A DNA stretch of 62,524 nucleotides, the filler included, from Aduncisulcus paluster (lineage: Eukaryota), in NCBI GenBank assembly GCA_024181965.1. It is 8 parts of 7 records of this genome, joined end to end, with 100 filler letters (N's around TTAATTAATTAA, not from the genome) between each part and the next. Parts side by side here need not be neighbours in the genome. Positions count along the whole stretch, not along the records: positions 27,884 to 35,863 come from BQXS01011328.1; positions 35,964 to 47,331 come from BQXS01011328.1; 6 more parts are not named here. The stretch is one strand, 5' to 3'. A model generated the notes under the pieces. The model had not been told where the DNA came from, ran no database searches, and saw nothing but the letters and a program-made list of their open reading frames with translations. Shown piece after piece: positions 31,830 to 43,700 of the stretch; positions within the stretch are counted from its first letter, which is position 1; the number at the start of each line of letters is the position of its first letter. The position numbers and the translations under genes are program-made.

Positions 31830-34800
31830 ATGAATTTTGAGGCCGTTTTGGAGAAAGAAACAGCCCCAGAATGGCATTCAAAATGTACAGATTACCAAAG
31901 TATGTAATTTCTCTTGTATCTTATGAAATAGTGGGATATGGATTTTTATATTTGATTTAATATGATTTATTTGACAATTTTAATTATTTTATTCCATTTT
32001 AAGATCTTCGATCCCAATTGTATTTTCTTGTTACTACACAGGATAATATATTGGCTCTAACCCACGAAAGTAATTCAAAAATCCGGTATAGGAAGAAAAC
32101 AGAAGCGAATTTAAGAAGATATATGAAACTTTCATTTGAAGAGCGTTGTCGTATTCTCGCTAATGAATTAACCCTGTTTGCTGAGAAAACTGAAGTATTT
32201 AGAGAAACCCTTACAATGGAAATTGCAAAAGTTGGAAAATTTTATTCCAATACTCTTGAAGAATTTCAGAACCAATGTGATTGTCTCATTTCACAAGCCC
32301 TTGCCTTTAATGCCGGAGTTAAGCGGCGAGAAGCTATTATGAAGGCTGAAAAAAAATCCCATGAACCAAATCCACCAGTAGAAATGACAGAAACGAAGGA
32401 TTCTTTTGGAAATGAGAACACACTAAGTACATTCACAACCATGACAGAATTGCCTTCAATTTTGGACGGTAAATTCACCCATAGAGAGGAAAAACGGGCT
32501 AAAAGGGAGTTAACACGAGCATTTATGGAGCTTCATAGGGGATGTTCGATGTTATTATCATTCACTCAACAAAATGTTGTTGCCTTTGAGAAATTGGCAA
32601 AAAAATTCAAACGTCTAATGATTTTAAAGCCTCAAGATGTTGCTGTCTTCGATGAGGAAGAAGCCATGCGAGACCAAGATGAAGAAGAAGTTGCAGCCTC
32701 TCTTGTTGATTATGATTGTGGTGAGGAAACCATGAAATTGCTCGGCGAGAACGATTTAATCGATAAATCTCGATTAATTACACTTATGGAAACGATAGAA
32801 GAGGTATTTGCTGATCATATCGGGAAGATTCGTGGTCGTACTAGATTTGATAAGATTCGAAAGACTCGTCGATTGTTAAAGAGCAAGTGGCAAAATATAT
32901 CGATAAAAGGCGAGAAAAGTATGGATATTGTTGGTGGAATACTTCTTGGGGTCTCACTGGGTCTTCTTTTCGAGATATTTCGTGTGTGTATTTGGATTAA
33001 CAAAGGGGTTGAAAATGGTAGCATTTCCACCACATTGACAACAACTGCCTATATTATTCAGACTCTCATTGGAGAAGATAGCTATATTATGCTTCGCGCA
33101 ATGTTATTTACTATAATTCCATGCTTTTGCCTATCAATTTTGATTCATGTGTGGGATAGTGTGCGAGTGAACTGGAAGTTCATTTTCCAAATATCTCCCG
33201 TGAAAGCCCCATCAACATACTCTTGTCTTCTTGCCTCGTCTTTCCGTCTCTTCATTGTGTCACTTCTGTTTGTTCTCTTGCTCTACGCTGGCTCTGAAGC
33301 CGAAGGTATTGGTCTATTGCCACTTTTTTACGTATCTTCATCCCTCTCGACAGAAATAATATGTTCCATTGGATACGTCTTGTTCCTTGTCGTTTCTTTT
33401 GCTCCCATCTTTCCCCATGCCCATTTTAGAGTTAAACTCCACAGGTCTTTTTGGAGAGGAATGTTTTGTTGGATATTTGGAGTTCAATTCCTCGATTTCT
33501 TCTTTGCTGATATTCTTACATCCATGGAATTCACTCTTGCAGACCATGCTCGTTGTTTGATCATGTTACCTTCACTCTTCATGAATGATGCATCTCTGCG
33601 TCCTTCATTGGTCACTATCGAGGTCGTTCTCTTGCTCTACGCTGGCTCTGAAGCCGAAGGTATTGGTCTATTGCCACTTTTTTACGTATCTTCATCCCTC
33701 TCGACAGAAATAATATGTTCCATTGGATACGTCTTGTTCCTTGTCGTTTCTTTTGCTCCCATCTTTCCCCATGCCCATTTTAGAGTTAAACTCCACAGGT
33801 CTTTTTGGAGAGGAATGTTTTGTTGGATATTTGGAGTTCAATTCCTCGATTTCTTCTTTGCTGATATTCTTACATCCATGGAATTCACTCTTGCAGACCA
33901 TGCTCGTTGTTTGATCATGTTACCTTCACTCTTCATGAATGATGCATCTCTGCGTCCTTCATTGGTCACTAAGCCCCATCAACATACTCTTGTCTTCTTG
34001 CCTCGTCTTTCCGTCTCTTCATTGTGTCACTTCTGTTTGTTCTCTTGCTCTACGCTGGCTCTGAAGCCGAAGGTATTGGTCTATTGCCACTTTTTTACGT
34101 ATCTTCATCCCTCTCGACAGAAATAATATGTTCCATTGGATACGTCTTGTTCCTTGTCGTTTCTTTTGCTCCCATCTTTCCCCATGCCCATTTTAGAGTT
34201 AAACTCCACAGGTCTTTTTGGAGAGGAATGTTTTGTTGGATATTTGGAGTTCAATTCCTCGATTTCTTCTTTGCTGATATTCTTACATCCATGGAATTCA
34301 CTCTTGCAGACCATGCTCGTTGTTTGATCATGTTACCTTCACTCTTCATGAATGATGCATCTCTGCGTCCTTCATTGGTCACTATCGAGGTCGTATGTAT
34401 TGTAGCTCGTGTTATTCCTTCCCTAATCCGTTTCCAACAATGTATTTACAGATTCTTTTCCATTAGGAACGAAGGGAAACAGAAAGATAAGAGACGTCTC
34501 GATGCCATTTCCTCAACTGCCTTATCTACCATGACTGGGACATTGATATCTGATAACACTATCATTAATCCTCCAATGAAACGCTGTTGTGGGTGCTCGT
34601 GTTCCTGTTCAAACTGTGGGGAGGATTCATTTGGAGAAGACAGTGATATTGATGAGACATGTGGTGAAAAGTGCAGCTCTTGTGGGTGCAGAAAGAGTTC
34701 TTTCGGTCAGGATTGGTCGTTTATTTTGAAGTCCTTGCATCCGCATATTACAAATGCCATTAAATATTTCACAAAATTCCCTCCTTTAGCTTATGGTGTT

Positions 34801-35427
34801 ACCAGGTCTATCAAGGATATTAAGGGCGGCAAAGAGTTATCAATTATTCCTTTAGTCATTATGGATGGAATTGCTTCTATTTTTAGAATATTTTGGGATC
34901 TTTCTCAAGATTGGGGTATGTTTGTCAGCCACAAAGGTGAAGGGGGCAGTGTCGGCCGAGGTGTGAAGTACAACACGTGCCTTTTGAAACGAGTTTCATT
35001 ATTCTCTCTGCATGTCTTTGTGATTATGCTCATTATTGATGTTATTGTTCGTCTCCTTTTTGTCAATTCTCTCGCTGAGGATTGGATTGATTCATTCACC
35101 TTCATGATGCTGATTGTGCCCACTTTGGAGCTGTTCAGAAGGATGATGTGGTGTGTCTTACGTGTAGAAAACGAACACACGACCAATTGCGGTGAGTTTC
35201 GAGTTATTCATACTGTTCCATTGCCGTTTGATTCTTCCCTTCGAGGCCACGAGGAAGAAGACAACGAGAATCAGGGAAATGACGATGACGATGACCATAG
35301 TCAGTATAAAAACACTCTCTATTTTGATAATGTTATGCAATATAGTGCTTCAATTCGTGGAGCAAAGATAAAGAAAGCCGCTGATGAGTTCCAGCCTGAA
35401 GAGAGCACTGAAATTGTTTATGAATAG
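31830..35427 (+). CDS. XPR1: SPX-EXS phosphate exporter (XPR1/SYG1/PHO1 family). Reconstructed as 31830-31899 + 32004-33203 + 33971-35427, about 908 aa
   Basis: Spliced N-terminus MNFEAVLEKETAPEWHSKCTDYQNLRSQL is the SPX start, with lysine cluster NVVAFEKLAKKF. EXS motifs: FLDFFFADILTS, FWDLSQDWG, LELFRRMMWCVLRVENEH. Confidence 0.9.
31900..32003 (+). other. Spliceosomal intron (104 nt, phase 1) in the SPX-EXS gene
   Basis: GTATGT...TTTTAAG; removal restores the SPX motif DYQNLRSQL in frame. Confidence 0.9.
33204..34394 (+). repeat. Triplicated identical segment (about 345-420 bp units) inside the EXS domain; probable misassembly
   Basis: 33204-33625, 33626-33970 and 33971-34394 appear identical where they overlap. 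Deleting 33204-33970 gives one clean ORF. Confidence 0.8.
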
Positions 35428-35617
35428 ATGAAATTTACAACTTTTATGATATAACATTTTTAGACATTTTGAATTTTAAATTATTTAAATTATTAATTTA
35501 TCCCCTATTTTATTATTCCTATTGCTTACCTTTATTTTTATTATTGGCTTTGTTGTTCAATTTCGGTTCTTTAATCTTTTGTTTTTTTGGCTAATTCATC
35601 CTTTTTCTCTTTTCTAT

Positions 35618-36195
35618 TGATAAGGTAATTTTATTTGGATGAAATTTGTCTGACCGTTTTATGCAACTTTGGCACGCAAAATATTCAAGTCAGGGATTTT
35701 TTTTGATATTTTTTACTATTCACGTTATTTATTCGAGTCGAAATTTAATCCAGTGGGTTTTATAAGACTTTTCAAATGAGATGAACCATCTCTTTACCAA
35801 CATCAATTTTTTTTGAGTGCAAACACTCAAACTCAGGTGGGAGAACTTTATGTATTGTAGCTCNNNNNNNNNNNNNNNNNNNNNNNNNNNNNNNNNNNNN
35901 NNNNNNNTTAATTAATTAANNNNNNNNNNNNNNNNNNNNNNNNNNNNNNNNNNNNNNNNNNNNTGATAAGGTAATTTTATTTGGATGAAATTTGTCTGAC
36001 CGTTTTATGCAACTTTGGCACGCAAAATATTCAAGTCAGGGATTTTTTTTGATATTTTTTACTATTCACGTTATTTATTCGAGTCGAAATTTAATCCAGT
36101 GGGTTTTATAAGACTTTTCAAATGAGATGAACCATCTCTTTACCAACATCAATTTTTTTGAGTGCAAACACTCAAACTCAGGTGGGAGAACTTTA
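35618..36195. repeat. About 230-bp overlap duplicated on both sides of a 100-N linker
   Basis: 35618-35849 matches 35964-36195 apart from homopolymer length differences, showing that these two contigs are genuinely adjacent. Confidence 0.85.
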
Positions 36196-36283
36196 GGATA
36201 TCCCTTCAAATCGGATATTTTAGCAAAAGTTTTGGATTCCATATTCAATAAAATTGATTATTTTTATACAATTTCAGTTGTTC

Positions 36284-39200
36284 TCATTCTGCGAAAAGCA
36301 ATTCAATCAAACCTCCAGTAATTTCAATGAATTCGTAAACACTTCGTCTTTCAATTCGGGCATCAAAATCCGAAAAAAAGCAAGAATTCATCGAGAGACT
36401 ATATTGCTGGAACATAGAGGAATCTGCATGAGTATCTGGAGAGACGACTGGATAAGAGCACAGCCTGAGATGTGGGCTGTGAGGATCTGGGGAAAGCTCA
36501 CTTACTGAGATGGGAGAAATGTAATTGAATGAAGAAGATTTTCTTATTGAAATGTCAGAACATTTTTTTGAGATTTCATGAATAATGCATCTTAAATTCA
36601 TGTCAAATGGACGAATATCTATGAAATTAACAGAAGGAATCAATCTGTGGCACTGTAAAAAGCAATAGCCATCTCCTATTTCAGGTGCCGAATAAAATAC
36701 AATTCTCTTGATTCGTCGAATAAATTCATTTAACGTGGAAAGCATTTCTGGAACTAAAATGACGGAAACATCCCGATTTGTGCCTGTCCATTCATCTCCA
36801 TTGAAACAGTCAACTTTGACTGGAACGTGATTGAGGAAATATGTTGATTTCCTATGGATGGGAGTGATTCTCAAATAACCCCAACTATCATAAGTAATAT
36901 ATCTTGTGGTATTTCCAATTTCTGACACAATGCCAAACTGTCCAGATTCTTTGATCTTCACAAGACACAGTGGAGAATGAGAGAAAAAATCAGATTGTCC
37001 GAGGGGAAGCAACCGTGATAAATCAGATCCATCAGTGTGCTTTTCTCTCGGTTGGTACATGTTCCGTGGAAATAATGAGTATTGGAGTGGTTGAAGCCAT
37101 TGGAATTCATACCCTTGTTGTTCAAACATTGAAGAAAGATTCGGTTTGCCTTGAGAAGTAATCGAAAATATTCGGATATCACTTCCATTATCAAGTTTCT
37201 TCCAAATACTAAGAGATTGTATGTGTGGTAAGAAGGAAAATTTGGTAATTGCTTCGTTTTCAAAGGCATAATCACAAATATTTGGGAATACAAGGTCAAT
37301 GTGTTTGATATTGCGACAAAGAATATAAAACTTGGAGAAATATGGAATTGAACTCGATTTCTTGGTGCAAAATGCCGTTTGGAAACAAGGTAATTTCGCA
37401 TGTTCAATTTTCTGCAATGATGTGAGAAAATCTGATTCAATAAATGGATTTACAAAGCGTTTCGATCTTGTCTGCTGATAAGCTCTAATCCGAAGAGCAT
37501 CTAAATTAAACTTAGATTTTTTCTTCAGAATACTAATTTGTTCCAACTTGTCAGAAAAGTCTCTTATTATACATTTAATGGAATCAGCAACTTCTGTCTT
37601 GTAAGATTTATATTTTACATCGAATATTTTAACATATTTATAAGATATTATTCCTTTTACAGAATTAGATACTTCATGTTCACTCACAGAAGGATCGATT
37701 TGGGAGTGAATGAATAAATAAAATATCACTAATTGAATCATTATTGGTAAATATGATCCAATATCGGATGACAAACATACTAAATGTAAAAAATCTTCAT
37801 AAAATTGTTTGTTTTGAAGAAGACAAATGATCGATGCCCAAACACTAAAATTATAACGTGTGGCACACTCGAAAGAATTCCTTATCATAAAATGGACTCT
37901 AAAAATCTGGAAAAAATTATTGTACACTGCGTAAATGCATTCAAATCTATGGTATAAAAAGATTTCATGGATTTTAACACAAGAGAGAAGAGGAGGAAGA
38001 GGCATGCAGGAATGTTCAGAATCAAACTGAGACTTGAACTGAACGAAAGAAAACCAATCTTTTTTATACAATTCGTCTCGTAAAGGGTCAGACTTGAATT
38101 GATTCTCAGCTAATTCCTCCCAAGAAACAACAATAGAAACAGCACATTTGGCCAAAGGTTTTAAATACTGCGGGTAGCATCTGGATTTAAACTGAAATTT
38201 ATACCTCGAATGAAGACAATCTAAAATGAGAATCACACTGATTGTGCTAAAATGATGAAGATTGACGAAATCGGTGTAAAATTTGACATCTTGAGCACAA
38301 TAACTAAATTTTGCATCATATGAGAGAAAATTAAAGAACAATTTCGTGTATTCGAACTGAGATTTCATTAAATCAATTGCTTTAGATAATGAAATGTCTC
38401 CCTTTCTCAATTCCTCATCATCATATGGTTGAATTTTTGGATTAGATCCAGATATCGATGAGTTCAAATCATATTTATAAAAATAAAAGAATATTTTATA
38501 AAAATTATCCACATTATCAAACAACGACATGGAGGGTTCCACTCGGTTGAATTTCTTTCCAGAAGCTTCAATAATGCTCAAAAGGGATGTATATTCATGT
38601 TTTATCGATTCAAAATAAGCGTCAATTTCTTCCATTGTGTATTCACATTCAAGACCTTCGATATGAGCTTGTTTGAACTTCATCACCATACTCTGATGAT
38701 ATTCACTCTTTTGAACAATATTAGCAAGGAAAGTCGAGGCATAAGGTTTGAGAATTTCAACCACTTCTCGCCTCCGGAGTGCAAAATCGTAATCACCTTT
38801 CTTCCCGATGCTTAATAGAATAGTATGGATATCAAGCATGTTAGACATGGAACTTGCATCGATATCTTGTTGACAAAGATATCGTAACATTGACAAAACA
38901 ATTCGAGTAACTCTATCCAAAAGATTTGATCGCATGAAAAAATGTTTTGAATCCATGATAGAGAACAATGGCAGGTATAGTTTGGCAACAGTTAGAAGAG
39001 GAGTTTTGAGATCTGAAGTGGCAACAAATCGTGTGGGATCACAACAGATAATATCCAACCATGCTAATATAGCTTGATATTGTTCTCGAATCAGTAGTAA
39101 TTCACTGGAAAGCTCAATTACTTCTTCGTGGGGTTCAGGAACATAGCTGGAAATATGACAATACCATTGATATACCCATTTCATCATATCAATCCACTCG

Positions 39201-40318
39201 GCTTCAGTCAAAACACATAGAATAGCAGATCGCATCAGAGGGAGAACCTTCCACGCATCAATCCATCTGCAACTTCTCAATGAACAGAGATCACGCCAAT
39301 ATTTGCAAATTTGTAACGATTTACGTTTGGAGACAATTCTTGGTTCCTTTTCAACACATTTTGATATACAAGATAAAAAGGATGCCAAATATAATAATAA
39401 ATGAGATGGACCTTGTTCTGTGATTGGAGAGNNNNNNNNNNNNNNNNNNNNACAACAGATAATATCCAACCATGCTAATATAGCTTGATATTGTTCTCGA
39501 ATCAGTAGTAATTCACTGGAAAGCTCAATTACTTCTTCGTGGGGTTCAGGAACATAGCTGGAAATATGACAATACCATTGATATACCCATTTCATCATAT
39601 CAATCCACTCGGCTTCAGTCAAAACACATAGAATAGCAGATCGCATCAGAGGGAGAACCTTCCACGCATCAATCCATCTGCAACTTCTCAATGAACAGAG
39701 ATCACGCCAATATTTGCAAATTTGTAACGATTTACGTTTGGAGACAATTCTTGGTTCCTTTTCAACACATTTTGATATACAAGATAAAAAGGATGCCAAA
39801 TATAATAATAAATGAGATGGACCTTGTTCTGTGATTGGAGAGAAGGCTCGAAGTTGTTTTATGCAAATATTAGCAATATTAACAAAAGATAAATACTGAA
39901 ACGTTATGTCATCAAAGTTTTTAAGAACAAATTCGTCGGTAAAACGTTGAATAATCTGATAAAGATGAGGGGAACGAGGGATAATTGTAAAAATGCTATT
40001 AATTAGCAAATATAAATTTTCTCCGTAGAAATAATGGAGAAATTCTTGGATCCAGTCGTTATTGAATTCAGATAGTAATTCTGAAATGGCTGTGGAAATT
40101 TCGGTTTCGGATTTTCCCTTAATGATTGTTTCCATAAAAATACGGATCGAATGGATAGAAGAAGAAAATAAATCGCAAATTTTTGTTTTAGATTTGGGGA
40201 AAAGTTTATCAGAGTGTTCATTGGTTTCTCGTAGCTTTGTAAAAAGGCTTCTGATCGAAGTGGAAGAATTAAAACGTAAGGGTATCTCGTGAATAGGAGA
40301 AATAGATCCAGCAGCCAT
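36284..40318 (-). CDS. Large hypothetical protein (about 1200 aa after removing the artefactual duplication 39041-39431/39452-39842)
   Basis: Long ORF with a helical N-terminal half; no domain recognised. Confidence 0.75.
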   Translation of the reverse strand: MAAGSISPIHEIPLRFNSSTSIRSLFTKLRETNEHSDKLFPKSKTKICDLFSSSIHSIRIFMETIIKGKSETEISTAISELLSEFNNDWIQEFLHYFYGENLYLLINSIFTIIPRSPHLYQIIQRFTDEFVLKNFDDITFQYLSFVNIANICIKQLRAFSPITEQGPSHLLLYLASFLSCISKCVEKEPRIVSKRKSLQICKYWRDLCSLRSCRWIDAWKVLPLMRSAILCVLTEAEWIDMMKWVYQWYCHISSYVPEPHEEVIELSSELLLIREQYQAILAWLDIICCXXXXXXXSPITEQGPSHLLLYLASFLSCISKCVEKEPRIVSKRKSLQICKYWRDLCSLRSCRWIDAWKVLPLMRSAILCVLTEAEWIDMMKWVYQWYCHISSYVPEPHEEVIELSSELLLIREQYQAILAWLDIICCDPTRFVATSDLKTPLLTVAKLYLPLFSIMDSKHFFMRSNLLDRVTRIVLSMLRYLCQQDIDASSMSNMLDIHTILLSIGKKGDYDFALRRREVVEILKPYASTFLANIVQKSEYHQSMVMKFKQAHIEGLECEYTMEEIDAYFESIKHEYTSLLSIIEASGKKFNRVEPSMSLFDNVDNFYKIFFYFYKYDLNSSISGSNPKIQPYDDEELRKGDISLSKAIDLMKSQFEYTKLFFNFLSYDAKFSYCAQDVKFYTDFVNLHHFSTISVILILDCLHSRYKFQFKSRCYPQYLKPLAKCAVSIVVSWEELAENQFKSDPLRDELYKKDWFSFVQFKSQFDSEHSCMPLPPLLSCVKIHEIFLYHRFECIYAVYNNFFQIFRVHFMIRNSFECATRYNFSVWASIICLLQNKQFYEDFLHLVCLSSDIGSYLPIMIQLVIFYLFIHSQIDPSVSEHEVSNSVKGIISYKYVKIFDVKYKSYKTEVADSIKCIIRDFSDKLEQISILKKKSKFNLDALRIRAYQQTRSKRFVNPFIESDFLTSLQKIEHAKLPCFQTAFCTKKSSSIPYFSKFYILCRNIKHIDLVFPNICDYAFENEAITKFSFLPHIQSLSIWKKLDNGSDIRIFSITSQGKPNLSSMFEQQGYEFQWLQPLQYSLFPRNMYQPREKHTDGSDLSRLLPLGQSDFFSHSPLCLVKIKESGQFGIVSEIGNTTRYITYDSWGYLRITPIHRKSTYFLNHVPVKVDCFNGDEWTGTNRDVSVILVPEMLSTLNEFIRRIKRIVFYSAPEIGDGYCFLQCHRLIPSVNFIDIRPFDMNLRCIIHEISKKCSDISIRKSSSFNYISPISVSELSPDPHSPHLRLCSYPVVSPDTHADSSMFQQYSLSMNSCFFSDFDARIERRSVYEFIEITGGLIELLFAE

Positions 40319-40799
40319 TTAAAACATAAGATATCAGGGGAAAAAAATTGTTAGTGTGGGAGACACCGATCAAAATAAGCAAACATTGTTGTCACGTGCC
40401 AGTGGGAGCCTCCCAATCTGAGATTCTGCAAATCATCCGCTTATATTCTTTTTTACAATGGGGAAAAATTTATTATTAGCTGGGGAAAGTGCTGATATCT
40501 CTCAGCTGAGAGCCTAAAAAAAATAAGAATAATTATCAAAAATATATGTAAAATATGATCGAATTATTAATTCATTAAATTCTTTAATAATTATTTCTCT
40601 AGTAATACAATCAATTGATAAAAAAAAAAAATAGAAATTGATGAGCAAAAACAAAGGCAAGACGAAAAGAAGAACACAAAACAGAAGAAATACGCCATCC
40701 AACTTGATTACGACTTCATCGTATCGATGACACAATGATAACTGGATGTCGTATTATTTTTTTAACAAGCATCGATGATGTAGATCTATAGTAGTTTCA

Positions 40800-43700
40800 T
40801 TACTCATCGTAGTGAGAAAGAGTGAGAATTCCCTCCATTTGAATACTTTCACTGACAGCATTGTCCTCTTCATCATATTCAACAGGGGGAACGTGAGTTT
40901 CACGTCCAATGCTGTGTGTTCTATCACTCTGTCCAGAAGCATGTGGTACGGTCAAGGATGAGCCAAACACTTGAGGAATCGTCACGGGTGTGTGAGACCG
41001 ACCACCGGAGATCGTGTCACCCTCAATGTAAGAGGAAGAGGCAGATCTACGGTCATGTTCAATGGTATCACGGTCCCTGAACTTCCTTTGTTTGGAGGGA
41101 AGGCGTCTCTGGTCGTGTTTTGGAGAACCTTTATCACGGTGGCTCCAGGGGGCTTCAGAATCCTTCAGAATATCAATATGTTGAAGAGCAGCGGCAAGAT
41201 CAGCGGCGAGCTTCTCGTTCTCGCTTCTGACTCCCTCAAGCTCAACCCGAGCTTCAACCAACACTTTTCCAAGGTTGTCAATCTCATCTTTCCTTCTCTT
41301 TTCCTCCTCTTCAACACGCATGTTGAGGTGAATGCATNNNNNNNNNNNNNNNNNNNNATAATGGAGAAATTCTTGGATCCAGTCGTTATTGAATTCAGAT
41401 AGTAATTCTGAAATGGCTGTGGAAATTTCGGTTTCGGATTTTCCCTTAATGATTGTTTCCATAAAAATACGGATCGAATGGATAGAAGAAGAAAATAAAT
41501 CGCAAATTTTTGTTTTAGATTTGGGGAAAAGTTTATCAGAGTGTTCATTGGTTTCTCGTAGCTTTGTAAAAAGGCTTCTGATCGAAGTGGAAGAATTAAA
41601 ACGTAAGGGTATCTCGTGAATAGGAGAAATAGATCCAGCAGCCATTTAAAACATAAGATATCAGGGGAAAAAAATTGTTAGTGTGGGAGACACCGATCAA
41701 AATAAGCAAACATTGTTGTCACGTGCCAGTGGGAGCCTCCCAATCTGAGATTCTGCAAATCATCCGCTTATATTCTTTTTTACAATGGGGAAAAATTTAT
41801 TATTAGCTGGGGAAAGTGCTGATATCTCTCAGCTGAGAGCCTAAAAAAAATAAGAATAATTATCAAAAATATATGTAATTGTGTGTGTGTGTGAGCCAAA
41901 CACTTGAGGAATCGTCACGGGTGTGTGAGACCGACCACCGGAGATCGTGTCACCCTCAATGTAAGAGGAAGAGGCAGATCTACGGTCATGTTCAATGGTA
42001 TCACGGTCCCTGAACTTCCTTTGTTTGGAGGGAAGGCGTCTCTGGTCGTGTTTTGGAGAACCTTTATCACGGTGGCTCCAGGGGGCTTCAGAATCCTTCA
42101 GAATATCAATATGTTGAAGAGCAGCGGCAAGATCAGCGGCGAGCTTCTCGTTCTCGCTTCTGACTCCCTCAAGCTCAACCCGAGCTTCAACCAACACTTT
42201 TCCAAGGTTGTCAATCTCATCTTTCCTTCTCTTTTCCTCCTCTTCAACACGCATGTTGAGGTGAATGCATTTGGTTTTCTCCTTTTCGAGCTCGATACGC
42301 ATGTCGCACAGCTCGTCACGTTGGATTCCAACCTTATCAGATAAAGAAGAATTGTGCGATTCAACATTCTTCAACTCTTCCTTCAGAGCGTTTGTGGCAG
42401 CCATAACGGCNNNNNNNNNNNNNNNNNNNNACACTTGAGGAATCGTCACGGGTGTGTGAGACCGACCACCGGAGATCGTGTCACCCTCAATGTAAGAGGA
42501 AGAGGCAGATCTACGGTCATGTTCAATGGTATCACGGTCCCTGAACTTCCTTTGTTTGGAGGGAAGGCGTCTCTGGTCGTGTTTTGGAGAACCTTTATCA
42601 CGGTGGCTCCAGGGGGCTTCAGAATCCTTCAGAATATCAATATGTTGAAGAGCAGCGGCAAGATCAGCGGCGAGCTTCTCGTTCTCGCTTCTGACTCCCT
42701 CAAGCTCAACCCGAGCTTCAACCAACACTTTTCCAAGGTTGTCAATCTCATCTTTCCTTCTCTTTTCCTCCTCTTCAACACGCATGTTGAGGTGAATGCA
42801 TTTGGTTTTCTCCTTTTCGAGCTCGATACGCATGTCGCACAGCTCGTCACGTTGGATTCCAACCTTATCAGATAAAGAAGAATTGTGCGATTCAACATTC
42901 TTCAACTCTTCCTTCAGAGCGTTTGTGGCAGCCATAACGGCCTCTTGAGTTTCACTATCTTCCTTGGACTCCTTGTCTTCCGGAGACTCCTTGCCGGTCG
43001 TAGTTCTCTTCTTCTCACCTTCAAACAGTTGAGAAAGTTGTTGGACAAGCTTGGTCGCCTCAGCATCGACACGTTCTCTCTTGCTCACGAGAGAGGTCAC
43101 CCTACTCATTGTGTGATCTTCAAGTTCTTTGCCTTGACCTTCAACTTCCTTGGCACGGACAGTAGCTTGAGCAAGTTCCTCAGTGAGACGGACATACTCC
43201 CTTTGAGCTTCGACTAACTGTCTCCAAAGATCTTCACGGACCTTGTAACGACTTTGACTATTGCGAAGGGTATCCACACGACGTTTGTAGGCAAGTGCTT
43301 TCTTGTTTTCACTGGTGGTAATGATTCCACGGACACGAGTCTCATTCTGAAGGCTTGCAGAGAGGTCTTCCTTCACTTCCTTTAGCTGACTCTCCAACAC
43401 GTCAAGTTTCATCTTGAGCATTGTATTTTCTCGCATCATTTCGCCCTCACGATCACGGTATACACTCCTAATCTCATCCAATTCGCACTGGGCAGCATGT
43501 TCGGCATCACCAGCGGCAGAGACGTACAGAGCACTCGTCTCGCTCGTGGCTTCACAGAGACGGAAGATATATTCCTTGCAGAGGCTCAAACGACGCCTGT
43601 ACACATCCTCAATGCACACAACACGCCAGAACAATGCCCAGAGAACTGATATACTGGAAATAACGGATTCAAGGGAAGGAATGAGGTGCTCAGAGCTCAT

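Noticed and set aside
40800..41645. Apparent fusion gene joining the N-terminus of the 36284..40318 protein to the coiled-coil C-terminus
   Set aside because: Chimera across a 20-N gap built from duplicated blocks.
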